DNA of 64,000 bases from Pocillopora damicornis (taxonomy: Eukaryota). Made by a program: the position numbers and the translations under genes. Location of the stretch: assembly GCF_003704095.1 (NCBI RefSeq), contig NW_020846678.1, positions 1 to 64,000 on the forward strand, written 5' to 3'. A model generated the notes under the pieces. It was not told the origin of the DNA. It searched no databases and saw only the letters and a program-made list of their open reading frames with translations. Shown here piece by piece: positions 63,568-64,000 of this stretch (position 1 is its first letter; every line of letters begins with the position of its first letter).

Positions 63568-63890
63568 TTCACTTTGTTTAGAAGAATTGGTTTTTGTTTG
63601 TTGATCTGTCAGTCCAAAGCGATGGAGAACTTTTTGCAAGTGCTGTAATCGTGCAAATCATCATGCAAACTTAGTAGATTTCACTTTGTTTAGAAGAATT
63701 GGTTTTTGGGTGTTGATCTGTCTGTCCAAAGCTACGAAGAACTTTTTGCAAGTGCTGTAATCGTACAAATCATTATACATATCGAGAAGGTGTCACTTTG
63801 TCCTAAAAGAATTGGTTTTTGTTTGCTGATCTGTCTGTCCAAAGCTGAGAACTTTTTGCAAGTGCTGTAATCATGCCAATCATTATGCTC
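63568..63890 (+). repeat. tandem repeat, unit about 112 bp, 3 copies
   Basis: tcactttg...aagaattggtttttg...gatctgtc.gtccaaagc...gaactttttgcaagtgctgtaatc restarts at about 63568, 63680 and 63793. Confidence 0.9.
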
Positions 63891-64000
63891 ACTTAAAATG
63901 CATTTAGAGTTTTGAGTAGTTTAAAAGATGAACCAGTGATTTAACTGTCACTTTCTTTCCAACTCATTACTCTCGTTCTTCTTTGGAGCGGTTTACTCGA

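Noticed and set aside
63568-63890. CRISPR-like array
   Set aside because: Eukaryotic intron; whole units repeat with no unique spacers, so it is a minisatellite.

Overview
AT-rich, intron-containing animal DNA with eight N-gaps. The repeat families and gene content look like a scleractinian coral or other anthozoan (inferred). Reading exons across GT-AG junctions gives, in order: BRAP (minus, 3' exons missing), a BRI3BP/TMEM109-family gene, NUDT9, three galactose-3-O-sulfotransferase paralogs, two Cys-type nucleoside hydrolases flanking a RhoBTB/RacA-like gene, an NB-ARC-like STAND NTPase with an apparent mitochondrial presequence and TM anchor (cut by a gap), an intronless lipidation-motif orphan gene, and the 5' part of NF1. 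Non-coding DNA holds about 20 TTAA-flanked piggyBac-type MITEs, TA-flanked MITEs, tRNA-derived SINE-like elements, long palindromic elements with GAA mini-hairpins, and a Penelope-like inverted repeat carrying two decayed hammerhead ribozymes. The best novelty candidate is the putatively mitochondrion-anchored NB-ARC protein, which sits head-to-head with a nucleoside hydrolase. Gene identities rest on remembered homolog sequences, not database searches.
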